This document shows positions 30,189-38,439 of a stretch of 64,000 bases of DNA, in pieces (positions within the stretch are counted from its first letter, which is position 1; each line of letters begins with the position of its first letter). The DNA comes from Candidatus Doudnabacteria bacterium (lineage in GTDB: Bacteria; Patescibacteriota; Doudnabacteria; UBA920), in assembly GCA_003151625.1 (NCBI GenBank), contig PLYC01000013.1, positions 29,210 to 93,209 on the forward strand, given 5' to 3'. The notes below the pieces were generated by a model. The model did not search any database, was not told where the DNA came from, and saw only the letters and a list, made by a program, of their open reading frames with translations. Made by a program: the position numbers and the translations under genes.

Positions 30189-30956
30189 CTATTCCTTGTG
30201 GTGACGTTCGAGAGTCGGAAGAGAGAGCTGGGCGGCATGGCTGGCCTTCCGGTTGTCAGCTTTCCTGTTCTTTGCCGGCTGGCCAAAAAGCAGGCGCGCC
30301 GACACGCCCTCATGGTAAACACCTTTGGTCTTGTCGCTGGTCGGATGCTCCTTGGACTTCATCTTAGTGTACCACCGGTTACAGCCGGCCCGTTTTTGCG
30401 TCTTGGCCTCGGTCGGGTATTTGCCGAACGGCTTGCCGTAAAGCAGCGGTTGCCACTTGGCTTTGACCTTTAAGTCTTGTTCCCCCGCGCGCTTTAGGGC
30501 TCTCTTGTGGTTCTTATATAGCTTGGCAGTTAAGATTTCTGCCGTCACGTGTTCCCGATTTACATCCGGGTAGTGGTGGCAGAAGTTGTCTACTGCCTTC
30601 GCGGACGAAACCGCCTCCGTAATTTTCTTGGGCTTGCCGTTAACGAACACCAGGTACTTGAGCTTACCCAGCCTTTTCAGCTTTTTTTGTTCCTTTTGGT
30701 TGAGCTCATCGGTTAGGAGCACCGCACACAAACGTTCCTTTGCCTCGGGATTGTCAAAGTTCGGGTGGCGGCGGCAGACAAAGCCAATCGCCTCCTGGGG
30801 CGAGTTGGCGCAAGTTTTGTCTATTAGGACTTCTTCATAATAAACCAGGTACGGCGCGTTGCCGTTTGGTGTTATCAGCTGATTCTCCATCATCACATGC
30901 TCCTCCTTTAGGAGCGAACTTAAGCTGATTTTACACCCAATTTTTTGTGTTGACAA
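30189..30956 (-). CDS. hypothetical basic protein (GC-rich); likely start at internal MMENQ
   Basis: 255-aa ORF; Lys/Arg-rich C-terminal half. Confidence 0.4.
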   Translation of the reverse strand: MSTQKIGCKISLSSLLKEEHVMMENQLITPNGNAPYLVYYEEVLIDKTCANSPQEAIGFVCRRHPNFDNPEAKERLCAVLLTDELNQKEQKKLKRLGKLKYLVFVNGKPKKITEAVSSAKAVDNFCHHYPDVNREHVTAEILTAKLYKNHKRALKRAGEQDLKVKAKWQPLLYGKPFGKYPTEAKTQKRAGCNRWYTKMKSKEHPTSDKTKGVYHEGVSARLLFGQPAKNRKADNRKASHAAQLSLPTLERHHKE

Positions 30957-30973
30957 ATCCTTTGCCAGGATTA

Positions 30974-31207
30974 TTAAGAATTTTGCAGGCGTTTGCGTTC
31001 TTCAATAAGCTGCTGATATCGCATTCTTAATCGGCTCTCATTGTCTCGCATTTTTTCGCTCTCGTCAGGATCTGTAGATTCTATTACATTAATATGTAAG
31101 GCTAAAAATTGTTCTTCACATGCTCGGATTTCTTTTGCCAGTTCCAAAAGCCTCTGCTCATTTGTTTTAAAACCTCGGCCACCGTCTATGTTTATAATTT
31201 CTGCCAT
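30974..31207 (-). CDS. small hypothetical protein
   Basis: 77-aa ORF preceded by the same upstream palindrome family. Confidence 0.45.
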   Translation of the reverse strand: MAEIINIDGGRGFKTNEQRLLELAKEIRACEEQFLALHINVIESTDPDESEKMRDNESRLRMRYQQLIEERKRLQNS

Positions 31208-31430
31208 AAATCAAAATAAAATAGCCTTAATATAAGGCTATTTTTAACCTTTTTAGGGGTTTTGGCTATCTTGACTTCCGGATTTAGAGGTGCGGTAAAG
31301 AAGCTGGTCAAATAAGGAAGGTGACAAGATAACAATAGCAAAGCCGGAAGGACCTGCGTCCTCCCGGCTTAAATTATGGGTAGGTATAAATATTATTCGC
31401 TGTTTTCGGACATAAAAATTTTATTAGCGA

Positions 31431-31523
31431 CGTAGAGCGAGTGTCCCGCCAAGGCGGGACCGAGCCGAGGAGCTAATACAGGTTCTATACCTCGCAGCTC
31501 TGCTCCGAGGAACCTTTATTTTT
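31431..31523 (+). ncRNA. structured ~110-nt element, copy 2
   Basis: Same conserved 5' and 3' blocks as copy 1 with a different internal hairpin (GTCCCGCC aa GGCGGGAC); terminator CCTCGCAGCTCTGCTCCGAGG plus T-run; minus-gene stop TAA at 31516-31518 lies inside the T-run. Confidence 0.4.
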
Positions 31524-31806
31524 CCGGCTCTTCCGTTAAAACCCCAACACTTTTTTTGGGACGGCTTGAGGGCTTGGGTTGTGGTTCGTCTGCTACTTCC
31601 TTGGGAGCATAAGGATTTTTTCTTTCCGGCTCCCTGCGCGGGTTGCGCATTGCTTCCATTTCGGCTTCTAATTCTCTTCTTTTCTCAGGAGTTAAAGGCT
31701 TGGCGTCTTTTGGTTCGCTACCTGTTTCTGGTATTTGTTTGCGTAAATCTTTAACTCGCCAATCGATGCCTTCTTGTTTACTATCCATTTCACTTAATGT
31801 TGGCAT
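31516..31806 (-). CDS. small charged/disordered protein (paralog of 29146-29451)
   Basis: Starts MPTLSEM, ends VLTEEPEK. Confidence 0.45.
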   Translation of the reverse strand: MPTLSEMDSKQEGIDWRVKDLRKQIPETGSEPKDAKPLTPEKRRELEAEMEAMRNPRREPERKNPYAPKEVADEPQPKPSSRPKKSVGVLTEEPEK

Positions 31807-31954
31807 ATATTTGTAATTAAAAATAAGCCCTTTATAAGCTTATTTTACCCCAGTTAGGGCTTTATGACAAACACCAAGCTTGGGTATTTTGGGTTGCCTT
31901 GACTAAATTTTGCCCAAGCATATAATCAGTTTACCCCTAAAAGGAGGGGCAACA

Positions 31955-32797
31955 ATGAAACGCTTGCAGATAGCTACCGCTACGCTGTTGGCAATTGCGC
32001 CGGCTTTTGCGGCTGACCCGCCGTCTAATGCCGGCAAAGTGGAATTGCAACTGGAATTCCGGTGGGGAGGAGATATTATTCCAAACCCCATTAAGCAATT
32101 TTCCAACATCCCGGCCTCGTACCGTACGGTGCCGTGGCATCCGGACGACGACCCGACCGGAAAACTAACCGCAACAATAGCCGACTCGACACTAAACCCA
32201 ACTAGTCTGAGCTTTATTAGCTTCATGCCCGCCGTCGGCCTGACGTTTTACGATAGATTGACCCTGCGGATGGGCTTTGACTTCCAGCATTCGGGAGTAA
32301 CCAAGGTTGGTACCGGCAACGACGGCATTGTCCGCGAAACGGAAATCCACAGCTACACCTTCTCGCGGCTGTATGGCACCTCTCTGGTTTACTATGCCAT
32401 ACCGCGCGCGCACTGGTCGTCCTTGCCCAACCCGACACCCGAAGTCGAGATCCGCCTTTGGAGCCAGATAGGGCTGCTCTGCGGAGGCTGGCGGAAGAAT
32501 TTTACCTACAACATCCAGCGCGGCTGGGACCGGTACTCCGCTATGCAGGTTTTGGACAACACGCCGTTTGCCAACGTGGAGATGTACCATCCATATATTG
32601 GCATACGGCTTGCCTGGGCGAGCAGGGAAGATGACGGCCGGCCGTTTATTGGCGTTGTCTTTACTGTCGGCCCCACGATTTTGAAACCCCAATTCGTGGC
32701 CCAGGCTCAGGGCACAAAGTTCTCGGGCGACACCCGCGGCATAATGTTCAACGTGGCCTTCACTTTTGGCGGCGCTGTCATGGAGCTGGTCAAGTAA
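31955..32797 (+). CDS. secreted beta-rich protein (GC-rich, likely acquired)
   Basis: RBS AAAGGAGGGG 6 nt before ATG at 31955; signal peptide MKRLQIATATLLAIAPAFAA; terminator follows. Confidence 0.6.
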   Translation: MKRLQIATATLLAIAPAFAADPPSNAGKVELQLEFRWGGDIIPNPIKQFSNIPASYRTVPWHPDDDPTGKLTATIADSTLNPTSLSFISFMPAVGLTFYDRLTLRMGFDFQHSGVTKVGTGNDGIVRETEIHSYTFSRLYGTSLVYYAIPRAHWSSLPNPTPEVEIRLWSQIGLLCGGWRKNFTYNIQRGWDRYSAMQVLDNTPFANVEMYHPYIGIRLAWASREDDGRPFIGVVFTVGPTILKPQFVAQAQGTKFSGDTRGIMFNVAFTFGGAVMELVK

Positions 32798-32820
32798 ATG
32801 GCGCAAGCTTGCAATCACGC

Positions 32821-32854
32821 AACCCGGAAGCACTGTCTTCCGGGTTCGTTTTTT
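32821..32854 (+). terminator. rho-independent terminator
   Basis: AACCCGGAAG cactgt CTTCCGGGTT then CGTTTTTT. Confidence 0.65.
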
Positions 32855-33011
32855 ATATGCTAATTTTTTTGGAAGTTTGGTAATAAATGGTCTTGCCGTT
32901 AGAGCCGTTTGTGGAAAGATTTAAATACTCCGATTCAATTTTGTACAATTTGCCGGGGCGGGATTTTTTAAAGACTTTGCCATAGCAAAAGCCCCAGCCA
33001 GGGGCGGGGGC

Positions 33012-33269
33012 TTAAGCGTAAGCACCTTGGCCGCGGTGTTTAATTTTAATTACTGTTACCAAAAGTTCGTGTTTATAAATATCATAAATAATCCGGTAAG
33101 GCCATACTCTTACAGTATAAGATCCTTCGTACTTTCCTTTAAGCTTTTTTCCTATCCAAGGGTTATTGGCAATAGTTGAAAGGGTAATTTTAATCCGCTC
33201 GTTATAAGGGCTGGGAATTTTATTTAGTTGCTTTTCGGCCCTTGGGTCCAGTTTTAGTCGGAACGCCAT
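33012..33269 (-). CDS. RelE/ParE-family toxin
   Basis: MAFRLKLDPRAEKQL...YRIIYDIYKHELLVTVIKIKHR. Confidence 0.75.
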   Translation of the reverse strand: MAFRLKLDPRAEKQLNKIPSPYNERIKITLSTIANNPWIGKKLKGKYEGSYTVRVWPYRIIYDIYKHELLVTVIKIKHRGQGAYA

Positions 33270-33582
33270 ATGGTTTTTTTGCTTTCTCGGCCAAAACAAA
33301 ACCCTGCTTGGCCAATAATTCTTCCAGCGTAGTCCAATTTTTATGTTCACCTCTTTTAACAGCCGCGCGACTTTCTTTTAATTCCTTGTCTAGTTCGGGC
33401 ATCTCCTCCATGACATCCATAGTTTCTATTATGGATTCGTATTCTTCGTAGGAAAGAATAACGGCTTTGGGTTTGCCGTTTTCGGTTAAAGTATAAATAA
33501 CACCGGGGTTTTGCACATCTTGGGCAATATCAAAAATCTTCTTCCGAGCTTCGGTAATGGATAATGTGGTTTTAGAATTCAT
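33220..33582 (-). CDS. Phd/YefM-family antitoxin (ORF overlaps toxin start)
   Basis: TLSITEARKKIFDIAQDV...PVIYTLTENGKPKAVILSYEEYESI; palindrome ATGTACATAATAACGTACAT 20 bp upstream. Confidence 0.7.
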   Translation of the reverse strand: MNSKTTLSITEARKKIFDIAQDVQNPGVIYTLTENGKPKAVILSYEEYESIIETMDVMEEMPELDKELKESRAAVKRGEHKNWTTLEELLAKQGFVLAEKAKKPYGVPTKTGPKGRKATK

Positions 33583-33602
33583 AAAATATTGATTAGATTT
33601 AT

Positions 33603-33622
33603 ATGTACATAATAACGTACAT
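33603..33622. promoter_or_regulatory. putative TA operator palindrome
   Basis: ATGTAC ataataac GTACAT just upstream of the antitoxin start. Confidence 0.4.
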
Positions 33623-33716
33623 TAAAATGTAAGTCAAGTGGAAAACTGAAAGTACTCCAACCACCTCTCCCAGCTAGCGCTGGGTACTCCTCGCTTTTCA
33701 AGGAGGAGAGACTGCA

Positions 33717-34381
33717 CTAAAATAAACTCTTTTCTTTTAAGCTTACATATCCCGCGCCGGTTACTATAACGTGATCTAAAATTTCTATGCCAAGCAAACG
33801 GCCGGCAGCGGTTAATCTTTTTGTGACGGCGATATCTTCGTCAGAAGGTTCTAAACTGCCGCTGGGGTGGTTGTGGGCGACAATGATGTGCGAGGTAAGG
33901 TGTTTTATGGCCGGTTCAAAGACTTCGCGGGGATGGATGAGGCTGGAGTTTAGGGTGCCAATGGATATTACTTCGCGTTTTATTTCCCGGTTTTGTGTGT
34001 CCAAAAAGAACACCACAAAATGCTCTTTTTTGCTTTCGCGGATTTCTTTTAACTGTTCCCAAACTTCGCGGGGAGAAAGAATTAATGCAGAGGGTTTGTC
34101 TTTAAGCAAGCGGCGTCCGAGCTCAAAACAGGCAATTAACTCCCCTGCCTTAACCGGGCCGATGCCGTTTATTTTTTTAAGTTCCTCAAACCCGGCATTG
34201 GCAAGGCTCGTGCCTTTGTATTTGCGCAGAGCGCTTTCCGCCACCCGAATAACGTTGCTTCCTTTTGGGCCGGTCCTTAAAATAATTGCCAAAAGCTCCT
34301 GAGTCCCAAGCTTTCCCGGCCCATATTTAACCAGCCGCTCTCTTGGCATTTCTATTTTGTGGTAATTTTTTATTGCCATTT
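33717..34381 (-). CDS. RadC-family JAB/MPN protein
   Basis: HNHPSGSLEPSDEDIAVTKRL JAMM motif; likely start MAIKNYH at 34381. Confidence 0.8.
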
Positions 34382-34408
34382 TGTTTTGGTTAATAAACTT
34401 TTTAAATA

Positions 34409-34436
34409 TTGACAAGCGCTTTGTAAGTGCTATAAT
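34409..34436 (+). promoter_or_regulatory. consensus sigma-70 promoter
   Basis: TTGACA, 16 nt, TGcTATAAT. Confidence 0.6.
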
Positions 34437-34443
34437 AAATTTG

Positions 34444-34551
34444 TCCGAATACGTCCGTATGGTCGGTGTTTGTCCGCTTAAGGCGGGCAGAATAGGAACA
34501 GCCAACCTCTTAACAATGTTGGGTTGCCGGGTCATTGACAGCCCGGTTTTT
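34444..34551 (+). ncRNA. candidate small RNA (~108 nt)
   Basis: Starts about 7 nt after the consensus promoter; internal hairpin GTCCGC uuaag GCGGGC; ends in terminator CCGGG ucauugacag CCCGG UUUUU; no plausible ORF. Confidence 0.4.
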
Positions 34552-34557
34552 GGTTGC

Positions 34558-35136
34558 CTAAAGTTTTTTAATTAAACCTGTTTTAATAGATTTGTCGTAT
34601 AGTTTTTTCATATTGTTATCTCCTTCCAAAAAATCCCTAACAAAACCCGCTACTGCGTCTGCAAGGTGAATAATACAATTTGACTGGTCCGAAATTCCTC
34701 GGACTTTTTTAACTTGTATTTGTCTGCGGCGAAGTCCGGCGGCAACCCCGACCCTTTCTTTGCCTCCTAGCGCATCAATAAAAATAGATGCCTCGTAATT
34801 GGTTATTGGCGCAGTGGAAATAATAGCTTTAGCCGCAGCAATAATTGTCATTTCTTGGTAATCTCTCCGTCCAGAAAATGCGGCGTAATTGATTTTATTT
34901 ATAAACAAGGGATTCTCAAGAATTTTTTCCAAATAAGCCAATCTCCTGATTAAGCTGGTCTTTTTCCATTTACTAATCCCTTTTAAAGTTTTCTTTTCTA
35001 TTTTTTCCAGCTCCCGAATTAGCAACTCCCGTTCGGCGCCCGTAATAACAATTGCTACAAGAAAAAAACGTCATTGAGTATCCTGGCCGGTTTCGTCTAC
35101 GTAGCAGTAAAGTTTTTGTTTTGGTTTTATAGACAT
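34558..35136 (-). pseudogene. DUF3800-like gene interrupted by in-frame TGA
   Basis: One frame reads MSIKPKQKLYCYVDETGQDTQ-TGA-RFFLVAIVITGAEREL then the 155-aa ORF; the YCYVDETG start is typical of DUF3800; TGA at 35071-35073. Confidence 0.5.
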
Positions 35137-35289
35137 TTTGTTAGATATTATTATAGTATACAATCGTTCACCTAATGTCAACATTAAAAAATAGCCCATT
35201 TTTAGGCTATTTTTAAAATTTATCCACAATTTAAGCTGCTTTGGCTAAGCGGTCAAAGATTGGATATTACGACTTATGTGCATTTTGTA

Positions 35290-35472
35290 TTATTCGCTTT
35301 CTTCAGTACGCGTTTCGCCTGCAAGATGCCTTTTTGCTTTTTTTATTTTGTCTTCCAATTTAGGCGGCGGATTGGTCGGTTTTTCCAGGTCTTTAAATAG
35401 CCCAGGCTTGTATCCTGGCTCATCTCCAAATAAGTTGCCGGACTCCACCGGTTGCTGAGTCTCTTTTCTCAT
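35290..35472 (-). CDS. small hypothetical protein
   Basis: 60-aa ORF, charged. Confidence 0.3.
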   Translation of the reverse strand: MRKETQQPVESGNLFGDEPGYKPGLFKDLEKPTNPPPKLEDKIKKAKRHLAGETRTEESE

Positions 35473-35623
35473 ATATTTAAATTAAATATTCAATGTATCC
35501 CTATATTACCCTTTTTACATCCAATTTACAAATTTTATAGACTATTGTAATAAGGCAATTTTTGCGGATAAAGAAAAAAGGATATACTTTTGTATGTACT
35601 TTTTTCCAATTTCCCTAAATATT

Positions 35624-36169
35624 TCACGCTGCAGGCCTTTTTTGCCATTCTTGCGGTTCGGATTCAGCAGGTTTAGGTTGCAGTTTGGGTCGGATTGGTT
35701 TAACCACACCTAGTGTTGGCCTTGGTTCCGGTATAGGCACAAGCGGCTCAGTTAAGGGCGCGGGCTCATAAGTCCGCTCGACAGGATGTATCTCGCCGGT
35801 GATGTGCCAGTCCTTTTCCGCTAAAATTTTAAGCAGCAAATTTTTTTGTTCCTCGGCTTCATTGTTAAAAATAATTTTCACACCTTCTGTGCGCCCCGGG
35901 TCTGCCGCGGCCTTAACTGAAACCACTCGGCTGTATTCTTTATTAATAAAATCAATTACTTCGTCTCTAACCTCGGTGGCGGATTTCTTATCCGCTTTGG
36001 CAAACATAATATAATACGTTAGCCCTTTTACTCGTTCCTTTCTTGCCTGTAAAGCTTGCTCCACTGGATAGTGTTGTGCTTCATAGTCTATTTTTTTTTG
36101 CGCTCGGGCAAAGTCGGCCTCGGACATGCCGTTGTCTTCGTCGTTTGAAAGTTCGGAAGTTTGTTGCAT
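35624..36169 (-). CDS. hypothetical protein
   Basis: 181-aa ORF; Pro-rich C-terminus. Confidence 0.45.
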   Translation of the reverse strand: MQQTSELSNDEDNGMSEADFARAQKKIDYEAQHYPVEQALQARKERVKGLTYYIMFAKADKKSATEVRDEVIDFINKEYSRVVSVKAAADPGRTEGVKIIFNNEAEEQKNLLLKILAEKDWHITGEIHPVERTYEPAPLTEPLVPIPEPRPTLGVVKPIRPKLQPKPAESEPQEWQKRPAA

Positions 36170-36175
36170 ATTATT

Positions 36176-36282
36176 ATTCGCGACGTAGGCGAGACAAAGT
36201 AATGCCTTAAGGTATTACTTTGCGAGCCGAGGAGCTAAGAAAGGTTCAATACCTCGCGGCTTGCCCCGAGGAACCTTTATTT
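36176..36282 (+). ncRNA. structured ~110-nt element, copy 3
   Basis: Conserved blocks with a third internal hairpin (CAAAGTAATGCC ttaa GGTATTACTTTG); terminator plus T-run; minus-gene stop TAA at 36277-36279 lies inside. Confidence 0.4.
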
Positions 36283-36537
36283 CCATCGTTCCAGATGTGG
36301 AACGCCTTTAACCATCCACCCGGCCAAAAAGCCCGGGAAGCCCATTTCTTTTAATTTTTCTTTACAAAAAGCTTGCATTTGCTGGGCGTTCCAGCCTGGG
36401 TTTTTAAACGCGCCGTTTTGGTAGCAATAAGAGCAATACATTGTGTTCTTTGTGCCGTCCGCGTTGGTTCCTCCGCCGGCAGGGTCTTTTTTCATTGGCA
36501 TCCCGCAACTTTGACAATTTTTGTATGTTTGAGCCAT
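36277..36537 (-). CDS. putative zinc-ribbon domain protein
   Basis: CQSCGMPM...YCSYCYQNG pattern. Confidence 0.6.
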   Translation of the reverse strand: MAQTYKNCQSCGMPMKKDPAGGGTNADGTKNTMYCSYCYQNGAFKNPGWNAQQMQAFCKEKLKEMGFPGFLAGWMVKGVPHLERWK

Positions 36538-36602
36538 AGATTGCGTATTTAAATGTTAATAACTTAGCCCAATTTAATTTTACTCCCAAATAAAACAAAA
36601 AT

Positions 36603-36640
36603 CAAAAAAAATCGGCGCGCGGAAGGAAGATCCGCGCGCC
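36603..36640 (-). terminator. rho-independent terminator
   Basis: GGCGCGCGGA/TCCGCGCGCC 10-bp GC stem followed on the minus strand by an 8-nt U-run. Confidence 0.65.
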
Positions 36641-36664
36641 ACATGGTTAGAGAGTCGTGCTGCG

Positions 36665-37105
36665 CTAGCCTTTGAGATATTTGATGAAGCTCATTCGGGC
36701 GGCTTTATAAGATCGAGCCGCGCCTACAGCCTTATGGTACTTTTCCCCATGGAACACTAAGTTTGCGGTAAACATTAGTATCAAAAGGGTTACTGTTACA
36801 GTCCAGTTGAGCTTGAAACAGAAATAGCTCAACCAAAATGCAATACTCCCTAACGCAATGATCGTTGCCTGGTTGCACCAGATCCGTTTCTGACACCAGT
36901 AGTAGTAATTGCGTATGTTTGTGTCGTCCAAGGTTGGCCATTCCCCGCGAAGCGTCAATGTGAGGCTGGTTGTTACGATTGATGCAGCGACCGCGAGGGA
37001 GAACAAACTTTCTTGGACGGTAAGGTGTAGGGTGTACTTCATCCCCGCAACGCAGAACACAAACGCAAACACTTCGGCGGCTGACAGCACAAACACTCTT
37101 CTCAT
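36665..37105 (-). CDS. membrane protein
   Basis: 146-aa ORF with 3-4 TM helices. Confidence 0.4.
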   Translation of the reverse strand: MRRVFVLSAAEVFAFVFCVAGMKYTLHLTVQESLFSLAVAASIVTTSLTLTLRGEWPTLDDTNIRNYYYWCQKRIWCNQATIIALGSIAFWLSYFCFKLNWTVTVTLLILMFTANLVFHGEKYHKAVGAARSYKAARMSFIKYLKG

Positions 37106-37244
37106 TCTTTATCTTTCTCCTCTTTTAGAATTTGATTTGGGAATAAATTATTTTACTACAGAATGAGACTAATGTAAAGGGGGCGGAAAATTTATAAAAC
37201 AAAAAAACCCTTCGAAAATTAATTGAGGGGTTTAATTTAAAATT

Positions 37245-38012
37245 TTAGATCTTTTTTAACTCCAAACACATAAAGAGAGGGATTTCTTTTCTGGCCACAT
37301 CTTCGGCGGCTTTACGCGGGCCTTTATCGGAAGTTTTGTGGGAGACCCATTCTTCCAAGCGAGTTACGCAAAGTCCGGCTTTGGCAAAAGCTTTAAAGTA
37401 AACCTGCAAAGGGTGGTGAAAGGACATAGTAAATCGCTTCTTTTTTTCATCAGTTATCCCCTGTGTCATATCTACTTCCTGTGTTATTTCGGAAAGATAT
37501 TTATTGATATTGCGATACTGCGTACTGGTTTTTTCGTCGTATGCCCAAGATGAAGCGCCGGGTATTCTAAATGTGGGATGGTTTAAGACCAACACCAGCC
37601 TGCCGCCGGGTTTTAATACGCGCGATATTTCCGATATTGCCGCTTGTAAATTTTTTATATTTTGTAAAGCCAAAATGCAAATCGCCGCATCAAATCTGTT
37701 TGACGACAATGAAACCATTTTTTCTGCTGACAAAACCAAATATGTTTCGTTTTTTCCGGGGTGCTCTTTGGCCAACTTAATTAACTCCCCTGCTACATCC
37801 ACTCCTACAACTTTTGCCCCGGCCCGAGCCAGCTCACGCGCAAAAAAACCCTGCCCGCATCCCACGTCCAAAATTTCCTCCCCGGGTTTTGGGGAAAGGA
37901 TTCTTAAGAGATTTGGCTTTATAAGTTTTTCCTGGTAAGTGTCGTCGTTTTCTTCCAAATGCTGATTGTACCACCCGGCCACGTTGCCCCAGGACGTAGA
38001 TTTCTTTTGCAT
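37245..38012 (-). CDS. class I SAM-dependent methyltransferase
   Basis: Motif I ILDVGCGQGFFARELA; post-I acidic residue; Rossmann-like pattern. Confidence 0.8.
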   Translation of the reverse strand: MQKKSTSWGNVAGWYNQHLEENDDTYQEKLIKPNLLRILSPKPGEEILDVGCGQGFFARELARAGAKVVGVDVAGELIKLAKEHPGKNETYLVLSAEKMVSLSSNRFDAAICILALQNIKNLQAAISEISRVLKPGGRLVLVLNHPTFRIPGASSWAYDEKTSTQYRNINKYLSEITQEVDMTQGITDEKKKRFTMSFHHPLQVYFKAFAKAGLCVTRLEEWVSHKTSDKGPRKAAEDVARKEIPLFMCLELKKI

Positions 38013-38014
38013 AA

Positions 38015-38260
38015 TTAAATCTCTTTATAAAACTTTTTAAAAGCTGCAATATATTTTTCGCGATTTTCTTCCGTCCACTTATAAATTGCCGCGGCTTTGT
38101 CGTAGTAGTCCGAAATAACCGCGTTATCAAGTTCGGGCTCATGCTTGCGGTCTGGCAATGAATCCATTTTTTTGCGAAGGACTACGTCCTGCTTAGCTGC
38201 GCTCTCCACAAGCTCATTATGCAATTGTTCCGGGGTAGTTATTTCATTTACGTCGCCCAT
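38015..38260 (-). CDS. small hypothetical protein
   Basis: 81-aa ORF abutting the methyltransferase. Confidence 0.4.
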   Translation of the reverse strand: MGDVNEITTPEQLHNELVESAAKQDVVLRKKMDSLPDRKHEPELDNAVISDYYDKAAAIYKWTEENREKYIAAFKKFYKEI

Positions 38261-38439
38261 ATGAGTAATCGTTAATTAAAGGTATTTTAACTTAATTGGA
38301 ACTAAAATACAATAAAAAACCTTTCAAATCCACCATCTGCAAGCCGGCAAGCTCCCTCGCGCCGGCTGTTGTATTTATAGTTATGGAATAATTAAAAAGA
38401 TAAGCGCGCTTCGGGAGTGAAGCGCGCTGTGCGACCCGT

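Noticed and set aside
32192-32833. 213-aa minus-strand ORF antisense to the secreted-protein gene
   Set aside because: It lies wholly inside a GC-rich gene that has an RBS, signal peptide and terminator on the plus strand; it is a GC-composition artefact.
34444-34551. Assigning the candidate sRNA as SRP RNA
   Set aside because: Only a short GGAACAGCCAA resemblance to domain IV, and the apical loop is a UUAAG pentaloop rather than GNRA; it is kept as an unclassified sRNA.
34558-35136. Alternative genetic code (TGA recoded as Gly or Trp) to explain the in-frame TGA
   Set aside because: Every other sizeable gene (ahcY, P-type ATPase, ABC transporter, SNF2, methyltransferase) is intact with standard stops, so a global TGA reassignment is not supported. 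A local nonsense mutation is more likely.
16134-36282. Integron attC sites for the three ~110-bp elements
   Set aside because: They sit at gene 3' ends with conserved ends and variable structured cores like attC, but lack the RYYYAAC/GTTRRRY core sites, are 15-20 kb apart, and no intI-like integrase is present.
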